NCBI RefSeq assembly: GCF_009914755.1
Contig: NC_060935.1
Source: the human T2T-CHM13v2.0 reference genome, Homo sapiens
DNA: 64,000 nucleotides
Strand: one strand, 5' to 3'
Positions 1 to 11,843 of the stretch are shown piece by piece. Position numbers and translations under genes: made by a program. Every line of letters starts with the position of its first letter. Position 1 is the stretch's first letter. The notes under the pieces were generated by a model that saw only the letters and a program-made list of their open reading frames with translations, was not told the origin of the DNA and searched no databases.

Positions 1-1
1 A

Positions 2-740
2 CAATTTCAACTTACCCAAAGACTAGCTAAACAAATTATCCTGCAATGCCCAGATTGTCAGCTCACAGGCATGTCCCCTCCTTCAACAGGTGTTAACCCT
101 AGAGGACTAGAACCTAATTAGTTATGGCAAACAGATGTTACTCATGTCCCTGAATATGAAAAACTTAGATATGTACATGTATCCATTGATACCAATTCTC
201 ACTTAATTGGCACTCATGCTCTTCCTGGAGAGTCCACCCAATATGTTATTAAGCATCTTCTCTTAACTTTTGGGTTTATCGGGTGGGTCCACAAAAATTA
301 AAATTGATAATGGTCCAGCTTATATCAGCTCACAATTTCAACAATTTTGTCACCAAAGAACATCCAGCATTCCACAGGCATCCTATATAACCCCCAAGGC
401 CATAGTAGAATGTATCCATTCCACTCTAAAAATATGCTCAGAAAACAAAGAAGGGGCAATATTAGTAAGGACCCTGCAACACTACTAGCACAAGCCTTAT
501 TTACCCTTAATTTTTAAATTTAGATAAATTTTAATCAGCTATAGAAAAGCACTTTGCTAAAACCTCTCAGAACATAAAACCCGGGGTTTTATGGAACGAT
601 GTAAATAATAATGTATGGTGTGGTCTACATGATTTGCTAACATGGGGAAGAGGATATGCTTGTGTTCACACCCCCTCTGGTCCTCTTTGGATTCCAGCAT
701 GATGCATCAAACATACCATGGCATGGCTAGGACCCAACCT
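2..740 (+). pseudogene. pol: Retroviral integrase (3' end of pol), disrupted
   Basis: Frame 2 reads QCPDCQ (CxxC of HHCC), GVNPRGLEPN*LWQTDVTH, YVHVSIDT; after frameshifts IKIDNGPAY and WGRGYACV; in-frame TAG at 119-121. Confidence 0.9.
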
Positions 741-2665
741 AGTACCAGAAATGAAGGAATTGACCCTGGAGGAACTGCAACCCTGGACGATGCAGCGTAC
801 TCGGACAACACAAGTCCCGAACATCACCTGGGAGATGCCGAAGAAGACAACTTAGCGGGCTGAACGAATTCTGCTCCAGACACAGACACCATTCACTGCA
901 GATAACTTGTTCCTTGCTGTGCTCTCTGTTGTACATTGCAACTCATGTAGGGTATTGATCCTTTTTATGCTCTCACTTCGTCTGCAACCTGTACCTGCTA
1001 CACTCTGTTGGGATCATCTCTTAGATCCACCTTTCTTCCACCCTGTTACCTGGGCAGACACCCACTTCCCAGCCTCTAATAACATAACTGCTTGGCTAGG
1101 AGGGACTGACTTACCCCCAGTGGGGTCCCCCATTAATGGCACACATTGGACTAAGGTGCCAGGTAACACTACATATGATTCCACTATCCTCCCACTGTTT
1201 GTAAGTGATAAAAGTTCTACCCTTAATGTGTACCTGCCTAAACACAATTATAGCTACATCATGGCCAAGGGAATTCCTTAACAGACATGGTTGCAGGTAT
1301 CCTCAAACCAGGCAATGCAATAAATGCCACTTTCCCCAACATTCCTTCCTGTGCTAAAGAATGTAGCCAGGAAAGCGATGGATTCCACTTTGGCTGGGAG
1401 GTTTTTCATGGGGGACAACACCGTAGCCTCTACTTAGGCAATTATATCATCTTAGACTGGGACTCCTACTGCCATTTGCAGAGCGACCATACTGATGTCC
1501 ACATCCATGGTGGCATCAATCACAGTTTCGCAGCCTCATCCCATTCCCCTATAATTTGGGCCAATGGGGGCATGGCCCAATATCTCAGACCCCAAATAGA
1601 ATCCATGCCACCCCAAGACACTTTATGGCACCTGGGACATCTTAGTACCTCCCTTGACACCTGGCATGGGACATATCATAATTCCAGTAACAATTTTAGT
1701 ATGATCTTTATTCACAATCACACAGATCAGTGTGTAATTTGCACTACCCATCCATATGTTTTCCTTATGGGAACCAATATTTCCACTACAGCCCAAAACT
1801 CCACATTTGTGACCCGAGTGCAAGGACAGGCTTGGTTTGCCTCATGTATCACTAATTACGATATATCTAATTTAAATATTACTAGTGTCATGGTATTAAG
1901 GAGACAATCTGAGGCATTCCTACCAGTCGATTTGACATGTGATTGGCAAGGTTCTTCTGCCCTTGCCACCTTAGAATGCGCCCTGTCCCAGGTCAGACAT
2001 GGAAGATTCATAGGCACACTTATAGCCTTTATAGTCTCAGCCATAGTCATCTTGGCAACTGCTAGTGTTGCCGTGGCCTCTATTACTGAATCAGTACAAA
2101 CAGCTACCTTTGTAGATAACTTGGCCAGAAATGTGTCTAACAAGCTTCTCTTATAGCAGGGTATAGATCAAAAGCACCTTGCATGTCTGCAAGCCCTCAA
2201 GGCTGCCTTGGAATATGTAGGGGAGCCGCAAGATGCACTGGCATTCCGACAGCAATTAAACTGTGACTGGGAGCAAAAGCATATCTATGTCACCTCTCTA
2301 CCTTGGAATCAATCAATACATAGTTGGGATGAAGTAAAACAACACCTCTGGCGAACCTTACATGATAATTTAACAGCAGATTCAAGGCAACTTAAAACTA
2401 AAATTCTAGACTCCCTAAACGCCATAGATCTACACACCCAACAAACAGCCACATGGAAGGATGTGTGAGAACATCTCTCCTGGATAGATCCCCACTCCGG
2501 CGGGGGCGGGTGTCACTCCTTCATTGGAAAAGGATGTTACTGATTATTCTCAGGTTTGTCTTATGTTATTTACTAATTCTAGGATGCAAAGCTGGAAAAC
2601 GAGTTATAACCTCTGCACCTTACAAACCTGTTCCTGCACACACACCTGTACTCTTCAATCAATAA
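718..2665 (+). pseudogene. env: Retroviral env, disrupted by stops and frameshifts (fragments 907-1281, 1287-2156, 2208-2468, 2453-2665)
   Basis: Leader ITWEMPKKTT*RAERILL..TPFTADNLFLAVLSVV resembles HERV-K signal region; many N-glycosylation sequons; cleavage site RHGR then fusion peptide FIGTLIAFIVSAIVILATASVA; TM QLNCDW motif; hydrophobic anchor MLLIILRFVLCYLLILGC. Confidence 0.88.
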
Positions 2666-2696
2666 AACCTGATGCAAAAAACGGAAAAGGGGGAGA

Positions 2697-3167
2697 TGTA
2701 GGAGATTGGTCAGGGTGGTGAGAAAAATTATAGGAAAGATACAAACCTTGGAAGGCTGGGAGGTTTTGCAAAAGCTTTGGGAGAGGATTATAGCTGAAGG
2801 CAGTTAAATTCTCTTATCTGGAGGCTGAGAGCAAAGGGTAGATAACAAGGGAATGTAAAGGAACTTATCTAGATAAATCTGTTTACTTATGTCTCCAGAA
2901 ACCAACCTTTGATCATTTGCATGCAGGACTGCTCTCTACTCCGAGGATCAACAATGTTAATTACCCACAAATTGTGTTTGCTCCAAGCTTTTGTCATTAA
3001 ATCTGTACTAAAATAAATGTGAACATGGCTGGCTTATGGGGGCTGCACTCTCATCAGCGGTGCTAAGTGGTGTGGTCCCCTAGCTGGGCTGTCAAGCAAA
3101 ATACCTGTGTCAGCATACTTCATTCATCCATTGCTCTGCCAGAGTCTGCAGGATAGACTTGGTGGCA
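2697..3167 (+). mobile_element. 3' LTR of the provirus (LTR22-like)
   Basis: Starts TGTAGGAGATTGGTCAGGGTGGTG right after the PPT, ends ..GGTGGCA, ~470 bp, ATTAAA/AATAAA near 2996-3017. Confidence 0.8.
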
Positions 3168-5912
3168 CTGCTCTATCCCAGAGATTCTGCAACCTGAGGA
3201 TAGATTGAATGAGAAATGCAAGCAGCATGCCCCTCTTAGGGTAAAACCATAACATCAGACTGGGATCTTGCAGGAGAAGAAACTCCACAGATGATGGATG
3301 AGGCAATGGTAATAGAGTGGGTTGTGCCATGGACAATTGCTGTTCTTAGCAAGATTTAGTAAATGTTCTTGAATAAATATTTCTTTATTGGTTGTATGCC
3401 TTTAGTACAGATTCTGGTGACTTTAAATTCGTTTTTAGAATAATTTATATAAGTTAAAATTCTGATTTTCCTGGAAAGAGGATTTGCTATACTCCTTACT
3501 CCCCCAATCTGGATGTCCTACCACTTTTAGATGATTTCTTTTAAGGAAATCAGTTTATATGTACCTCCTGGGACATTACTAGTAGAAATGATGTAACCCT
3601 AGATATACTTACTTTTCAAGGTTGGGAGACAAGAATGACATTTACTCATTATACTGCACCAGATATGGTTCTAAATAACTTACATTCAAGCTTTCATATT
3701 TACTCCTTGAAATAATGTTTACTTCACTATACCATTGCCTTCTTTAGTAGCCACTGAAGGTGGCTTCAACAACTCAGAACAGTTAACAGTCATTGTTTAA
3801 ATTCTAAGCTAAGCATTGTAGTTACAAAGCCTTCTGTTAACATTAGAAAAAATTTCACTTAACAGCTCTGGCAGCCATACCAGACATTACTAACAGCTCC
3901 AACTTGGGAGCTTACCTCCCTGCATCAGAATCTGGGAGAAGTTACTTGACCTTCTGAACCTATTTCCTTATTTGGCATCTACCCACCTTTCCATTCTCAA
4001 TTATCATCAAGCTTCCCCCCAGTATGTAAGTTCCTATTACAGGTGAACAGTTTACAGCTCTTTTAATGAGAATATTGTTTCATATATTTATTTTTTATAT
4101 ACCTCTTTGTTCTGGCTTTATTGTCTTTCGTCTTTGTTAGAATTTGAAGATACACTTCAGCATCCAAATTAAAAATCAACTCTTCAACCCAGTAATGATG
4201 ATAACTTTCTTTCATTTTTCTCACCATTATACCTTATATAGCTCTCTTGTTACAAATAATAATTTAAGATTCCATTTCCTTGCCACACAGGAATTTCATT
4301 AAAAATAGGAACTTTCCTCTTCCTAACTGCATGCCTGTTGCATGCAAGTATTGAACACATTTGTTGCATTGGATCGAACTGAATCAAGAGTTGCAAAATC
4401 ACATTCAGAAGCAAAGGTCAAATGAAGTTTTTCTTCTTCATAATGAGTATATATATATGCATTCTCTGCTTAGAAAACACAGGTCTAGGTTGGCAAGTCA
4501 GAATGATTGTGTCTTTTCCAGGTCATTGTATTAGGATGGAAAAGAACATATAGTCTTTAGCAAGTGCACTTTTTTTAATTGTTAAATTAAATCCTCTACT
4601 TCTGGGCCTGAATATATGCTGGTCCTCTAACTTAAAAAGTTATTGTGTTCTGTCCCAGGTGCACAGCTTCCTCTGTTGTTCCTGCCTCCTTGATGTCATG
4701 TTTTAGCAATGCCAAATTCACTCACACAAATGCTCTCATACTTTCTTGAATCTCTGTATAGGCTGTTACCCCTGTCATGACAACTTCCATCTCTATTCTC
4801 AGCTTACCCACATGGAAAACTGTAATTTATTATTTAGAGCTCAGTTTAATCTGTTTAATCTATGATGTAGTTCCTCACTTACTTACACAAGCCAGTTTAG
4901 ACATTTTTTCCCTTTTGCTTCCACTGAAATGTGTAGAAATGACATGATGATACTGTAATTGTTGTGCAATTTATATAAGTTATTTGAGGCCATAGAATGG
5001 TTATTTCATTTTTGAATTCTAAGACCATAGCATGGTTCCTGAGACATGTTGGGACCTCAATAAATATTTGTTAAATTAATGAATTGTAAATTCATTGTCA
5101 GCTTAAGATTTTCTTACTCTTGCCTTTCCTACAAAATAAATATTAACCTAATCATAAAAATTACCTCTTCTTTCAGGTAAATGTTAAATGTTTGACAGTA
5201 TAAAAAAATGTAAAAAAGAAAATCTGAAAACAATTATTTTAACATAAAATAATAGCATTTAGAAGAACATTCCAGATTTGAGTACTGAAGATTACAATTA
5301 CATTAAGAAGCTTAAATTATAGAATTTCTATAAAGAAGGGGTTGGGAAGGGTTTTTATTTGCTTAGTGGTACCTACATTGGCATATGAAAAGGCAAATGC
5401 TGTAGTATTAAGGAAAGCTTTTATTAGCACATGTTAATAACTATTTTACAAATACCCACTGAATGGAAAGTACTGGCATCATTAGCAGTAAGTCAACTTT
5501 AATACTAACTGATGGAGGTGAGGTGAGGAAAGATGTGGGCAGGTTATTGTCTTGAAATAAATTTAAAGAGATTTTCCTTATGTTTGCATGAAATTAAAAA
5601 GTAAAATTTTATTTCAAAATCCATGATATTATTTAATATAGTAATTAATTTGGGTAGTCTAATGCAGTAGCAGAATAGTATATCACATTAAATATAGATT
5701 TACTATATTTTATGTAGTCATTCTTCTATGGTTGGATACTTAGGCATTTTATCTTTGTCTATAAAGCTTTTTTATGCTTTATTATTTTTAATATTTTGGA
5801 TGCATTTTTTGTTAGAAGTTGTATTTGAGAGATGATATGGATGAATATTTTAAAATAATGAGACATTATCAAGACATTACATATCTGATAAGAGTCTAGT
5901 ATTCAAAATATA

Positions 5913-7657
5913 CAGAAATAGTTCAGAGATATTCCAGGTTTGGTTTCAGACCACCACAATAAAGTGAGTATCACAATAAAGCAAGTTACAAATGTTTTGA
6001 TTTCCTAGTTCACATAAAACTTCTGTTTATACTATACTGTAATCTATTAAGTATGAAATAGCATTATGTCTAAGCAAACAATGTATATATCTTAATTTAA
6101 AACCACTTCATTGCTACAAAATGCGAAAAATCATTTGAGCCTTCAGGGAGTCATAATCTTTTTTCTGGTGGAAGGCCTTGCCTCAATGTTGATGGTTGCT
6201 GACATGATCAGGGTGGCAGTTGGTGAAGGTCAGGGTGACCGTGGCAATTTCCTAAAATAGGACAATAATGAAGTTTTCTGCGTCAGTTCACTCTTTCTTT
6301 CATGAAAGATTTCGCTGTAGAATGTGATGTTGTTTGGTCATATTTACCCACAGCAGAACTTCTTTCAAAATTTGAGTGAATTCTCTCACACCCTGCCATT
6401 GCTTTATCAATTAAGTTTATGTAATATTTTAAATATTTTGTTGTCATTTCAACAATGTTCACAGCATCTTCATCAAGAGTATATCCCATTTCAATGAGCC
6501 ACTCTCTTTGTTCAGCCACAAGAAGCAACTCCTCATTCATTCAAGTTTTACCATGAGATTGCAGCACATCATTGGGCTCCATTTCTAAACCTAGTTATTT
6601 TGCTATTTATTTCTACCACATCTGCAGCTACTTACTTCAGTGAAGTCTTGAATCCCCTCAAAGTCATTTATAAAAATTGGAATAAGGCTGGGTGCAGTGG
6701 TTCACACCTGTAATCCCAGCACTTTGGGAGGGCAAGGTAGGTGGATCACGAGGTCAGAAGATCCAGACCATCCTGGCCAACATGGTGAAACCCCGTCTCT
6801 ACTAAAAAAAATCCAAAAAAAATTAGCCGGGCGTGGTGGTAGTGGGCGCCTGTAGTCCCAACTACTCGGGAGGCTGAGGCAGGAGAATGGTGTGAACCCA
6901 GGAGGCAGAGCTTGCAGTGAGCAGGATCGCGCCACCGCACTCCAACCTGGGTGATAGAGTGAGACTCTGTCTCCAAAAAGAAAAAAAAAAATTGGAATAA
7001 ACTTCTATACTACTATTAATATTTTTACCTCCTCTCATGAATCATGAAAGTTCTTACTGGTGTTGAAATATCTTTTTCAGGAGGTTTTCAATTTACTTTG
7101 CCTAGAGCCATCAGAGGAATCACTATAACAGCTGCAGCCTTATGAAATGTATTTCTTAAATTAAAAAACAAAACAAAACTGAAAGTCAAAATTACTCCTT
7201 GATTCACGGGCTGCAGAATGAATGCTGTGTTAGCAGGCATAAAAACGATTTTAACCTTCTTATACATTTCTGTAAGAGCTCTTGGGTGACTGTATTATAA
7301 TAACGAGCAATACTATTTTGAAAGAAATATTTTTTTTCCTGCACGGTAGATCTCAACAGTGGGCTTAAAATATTCATTAAACCATGCTATAAACAGATGG
7401 GCTATCATCCAGGCTTTGTTCCATTTATAGAACACAGGCAGAGTAGATTTAACATAATTTTTAGGGGTCTCAGAATTTTCAGAATGGTAAATGATCAATA
7501 ATTTTAATGTAAAATGATCAGCCCCTAACAAAAAAGTCAGCCTGTCCTTTGAAGCCAGTCCTTGACTTCTCCTCTCTAGCTATGAAAGTCCTAGATATCA
7601 TCTTCTTCCAAAAGAAAGCTATTCAGTCTACATTTAAAATCAGTTGTTCAGTGTAGA
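5913..7657 (-). mobile_element. Tigger1 DNA transposon (partial), interrupted by an AluY
   Basis: TA followed by degenerate Tigger1 terminus cagaaatagttcagagatattccaggtttggtttcagaccaccacaataaag; minus-strand ORF fragments (LIIYHSEN..LPVFYKWNKAWM..LFIAWFNEYFKPTVE) match the pogo/Tigger DDE transposase. Confidence 0.9.
6686..6990 (+). mobile_element. AluY
   Basis: Full dimeric Alu, Y-type gaatggtgtgaaccc..gagcttgcag; TSD aaaaattggaataa at 6672-6685 and 6987-7000. Confidence 0.95.
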
Positions 7658-7959
7658 TATTATCTTAACAAGATACCACTTCACAACCTCTAGGAAGGCT
7701 ATGGTTTTTCAAAGTTGTTGGATATTAAGCAGGGCTTGTCTTGGTAAATTTAGAGCATGAAATAAGTTCACATGTAATGAGTACCCAGATACTTTTGATG
7801 AGAAAACCACAAATTATCATCTGGAGCAAGGATTGTTGTGCACCATAAAAATATATAAACATACATATATATATATATTTATAGGTAGCAAATATATAAG
7901 ATATATATCATATATATGGAAATATATATATATATTTTTTTTTTACTTTTCATAGAAAG

Positions 7960-8180
7960 AACATGAACTTCAGAGTTAGCCTTGAAAGCAATTGATGGCT
8001 CCACCATGATAGATTTGGGACAAATCAGTTAACCTTGCTGATCTCTGTTTCTTCCCTCTAAGAAATAAAAATAATAATACTGGCACGGCAGTGGTGCTAT
8101 TGGGGTTGTATCTAATACTCTATGTGAAGTGCCTAGCAAACTGTCTGACATCATCACTGCTAAATAAGTGTTAATTTTAT
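7960..8180 (+). mobile_element. MIR (degenerate)
   Basis: MIR core-like agttaacc..ctgtttcttccctct..aaaataataatac..aagtgcctagca. Confidence 0.55.
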
Positions 8181-9349
8181 TATATCATATTTTCATTGTT
8201 ATGGCCTATTCACTGGTCCCTTGAGAGCTGAGGGCTGCCGTTTGGCATGGGAACTGAGTCTCAGCTAAGACAGCAGTGAGATCCAGCATAGAAGCTGTGA
8301 GGCTCAAGTATCGAGCCTGCCCTCAGTCCACCCATATCTCAACTCTCAGAAACCTGGCAACCATGGCTCACCCATCTCAGGAAGGATTCTGGAGGATTTC
8401 CCTTCGGGTAAACTGAGTATGTCAACACACACACATACTCACAGTTTGGTAAGTTTATATATGTACCACAAGACTTCTGAGAGTTTACTTTCACATACTA
8501 TACCAATACAGTTTAAACAATCACTTGTTTTCTCTACCAGAACTCAGTGAGGTTACTTTGAATTTCTGTTTTTAATGTTATCAGGTATTAACTTCTTAAT
8601 TAAATGTCCATTTTTTTAAATGAAGATACCAAGGTAACAAATACTGTATATGTTTGAGATCAAATATCACTGAGCTCAACTATTGATAAACACTGATGCA
8701 GATTCAACTATCCAACATACATTGATGCTTACTTTTTTAAGAGTCTTCTGCAATCAGATTGTAACAGTCTTGGGCAACAGATTGTGCCACATGATACATA
8801 AAAAGTTCTTATTACATGGAAGGATGGGTCATTTTAATCCAGGATGAGGTATATATTAGCATTTTTCCCATTTTATAGTAATGAAAAGAGACAACTAATG
8901 TATAGATATGTGATAATCATTCTTACATGTTTGAAGTTAAAATTGCAGGATTTTTTTGGAAGGAGAGCTTGTTTTGAATCGCAATATTTCAGATAGGTTA
9001 GATTTTAATGTCCAAAATAACGTGAGACAAAGAAATATTGACGTCACTTTCCATGAAAACATGGAATTCATCTATGTCAGGCAGTTACATTACTACATTG
9101 CCTTGCTGAACTCTATAAGAATAGAAGGAGGGCAAAATTGTCATATTATTTGAATGCACCTGAGGCATTTTAACTCTGAAAAAATTGTTGTGAAGAAGAA
9201 ATCTCTGATTATATGGCTGTCAAATGGAGACCAATCACGGTCCACTTGGTCCCAACTTGCGGTCACTGTCAGCTTTTTATGTTTTCCATCCAGCAGCACC
9301 ATGGTAAGCACTGAGCCTAATACTGTGGGACAGTGGGGACAGGCATAAA

Positions 9350-9560
9350 CTTATACATCAAAACATACCTGACTGTGAATCCCAGTTTCATCACTTAAAC
9401 ATTGTACAAATTTAAGACTTTTGCAACATGCTGAACTTCAGCTTTCTTAACTTTCAGTTGGGGATAATGTCACATTGTTTTGCAATAACTATGAGAACTA
9501 ATGAGATTGCATACTTAACAGCTAGAATAATGACCAGTACACATGAGTATTCATGTAACA
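9350..9560 (+). mobile_element. MIR (degenerate)
   Basis: gtgaatcccagtttcatcactta..cttcagctttctt..gggataat..aatgagat. Confidence 0.5.
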
Positions 9561-10603
9561 TATCATCATATTAGTTCCCTGTCCACTGAAGGAATAACAA
9601 AGAAAGCTCTGAATCCTGAGGAAACTTTTAAAGATATATAAGTAAGTGTAATTTCTATCTCAAATGGGTTTGAATGGTGACAATTAAATTCTCTCTACAA
9701 AAGAAAAGCATTAGGCCTTAAGGGAAAGCTTTTATAATGAAATAACCTACTGACAGTTACATTATAAGTGAGATAAGTACTGCAGAAGAGAGGAAGGGAT
9801 TGGGTCTGGAACGTGGTAGGAAGAAGGCCCCTTGAGAGTGATATGCTAAGACCCCTGTCTCACAAATAGGGAAACTGAGATTCAGAGTCCCTAAGTGGTG
9901 TCTCTAAGGTCACAAGGGAATACATGTTACACTCAGGACTGGGGCTCAAGATGGCTGGTGGTGTAATTGGTGCTCTTTCCACCGGGTATCTTATTATTTC
10001 TGGGCTTCTATTTTCTTGTCAATGAAGTGAATGAATTGACCTTTAAATCCAAATACATATTTATCTTTGAATGGACTCTGAGACCTGTGATGGTCACTAT
10101 CTGGGCCAAGGCAGATATACCAGATAAGGCAGTGGTTTGCAGTTGGAAAGCTGAGTTTAAACCCTGGCTTTTTCTGTCTTTTGGGTTTGGGAAAATTACT
10201 TGGCTTTTTTTAAGGTTCAATTATCTCATTTGAAAAATAAAAATAGGAAATATAGCAGTTAATATTCAGGGTTTTGGGGCAACTACATCTATAAAATATG
10301 TAATACTGGGCCAGGCATATAGTAAAGCACTGAAAAATAGTACCTGTAATTTTTTTTTCATCGACGTGTTTCAATATTCTTATTGATCCTTGTATCTTTT
10401 AATGGAGGTGGGGGACCACGTCTTTAATTGTTTAGAAAAGTACTAAGTGAGGCTTTTACTTCAGGTCAATAAAATCAAGTTCTGGGCTGGCGTAGCCACT
10501 TCATACTTAACTGAATTTTCTCTGGTCCAGAGAGCCTTTAAGTGTGGTTCTGGGGACTGAAATGGCAATGACCAAACACAATGGGAGGATGGCTTTCACC
10601 ACT

Positions 10604-11731
10604 CCAATCTTCATATATATATATACACACACACATGAATCTTCATATACATCCAATCTTCATATATATATATATATATACACACACACATGAATCTTCA
10701 TATATATCCAATCTTCATATATATATATATATACACACACATGAATCTTCATATATATCCAATCTTCATATATATATATACACACACATGAATCTTCATA
10801 TATATCCAATATTCATATATATATACACACATGAATCTTCATATATATCCAATCTTCATACATATATATATACACACATGAATCTTCATATATATCCAAT
10901 CTTCATATATATATACACACATGAATCTTCATATATATCCAATCTTCATACATATATATACACACACATGAATCTTCATATATATCCAATCTTCATATAT
11001 ATATATACACACGCATGAATCTTCATATATATCCAATATTCATATATATATACACACATGAATCTTCATATATATCCAATATTCATATATATACACACAT
11101 GAATCTTCATATATATCCAATCTTCATATATATATGAATCTTCATATATGTCCAATCTTCATATATATATACACACACATGAATCTTCATATATATCCAA
11201 TCTTCATATATATATACACACATGAATCTCCATATATATCCAATCTTCATATATATATATACACACACACACATGAATCTTCATATATATCCAATCTTCA
11301 CATATATAGAATCTTCATATATATCCAATCTTTATATATATAATCTTCACATATATCCAATCTTCATATATATATAATCTTCATATATATCCAATCTTCA
11401 TATATATGAATCTTCATATATATCTAATCTTCATATATATGAATCTTCATATATATCCAATCTTCATATATATGAGTCTTCATATATATCCAATCTTCAT
11501 ATATATATGAATCTTCATATATATCCAATCTTCATATATATATGAATCTTCATATATATCCAATCTTCATATATATATATAATCTTCATATATATCCAAT
11601 CTTCATATAGATACATATATATACACATGAATCTTCATATATATCCAATCTTCACATATATATACACACACACATACATGAATCTTTGTATATATCTAAT
11701 CTTCATATATATCCAATCTTCATATATATAT
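10604..11731. repeat. Complex AT-rich minisatellite built of GAATCTTCA(TA)n / CCAATCTTCA(TA)n(CA)n dimers
   Basis: Directly visible tandem array of roughly 25-30 dimeric units of about 30-50 bp. Confidence 0.97.
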
Positions 11732-11774
11732 ATGTATGTGTATATATATATGTATGTGTGTATATACATATATG

Positions 11775-11824
<50 letters not shown>

Positions 11825-11843
11825 TGTATAGAGAGAGAGAGAG
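11732..11843. repeat. (TA/TG)n, (TG)n and (GA)n microsatellite run
   Basis: (TG)n at ~11779-11815, (GA)n at ~11830-11843. Confidence 0.95.

Larger units (their letters stand above)
1..2696 (+). mobile_element. Internal region (pol-IN, env, PPT) of a defective class II endogenous retrovirus, likely HERV-K(HML-5)/HERVK22; continues upstream of the window
   Basis: Betaretroviral integrase and env motifs in order, ending in purine tract aaaaaacggaaaagggggaga immediately before a TG-starting LTR. Confidence 0.9.

Noticed and set aside
4321-4346. ctaac plus two TGCATG (QKI/RBFOX-like motifs)
   Set aside because: No convincing adjacent exon; hexamers are too short to support a call
10581-11343. 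145-aa and 69-aa His/Ile/Tyr-rich ORFs, and CRISPR-like periodicity of the array
   Set aside because: Translations of a TA/CA minisatellite; the spacers are microsatellite runs, not unique sequences; eukaryotic context with no cas genes
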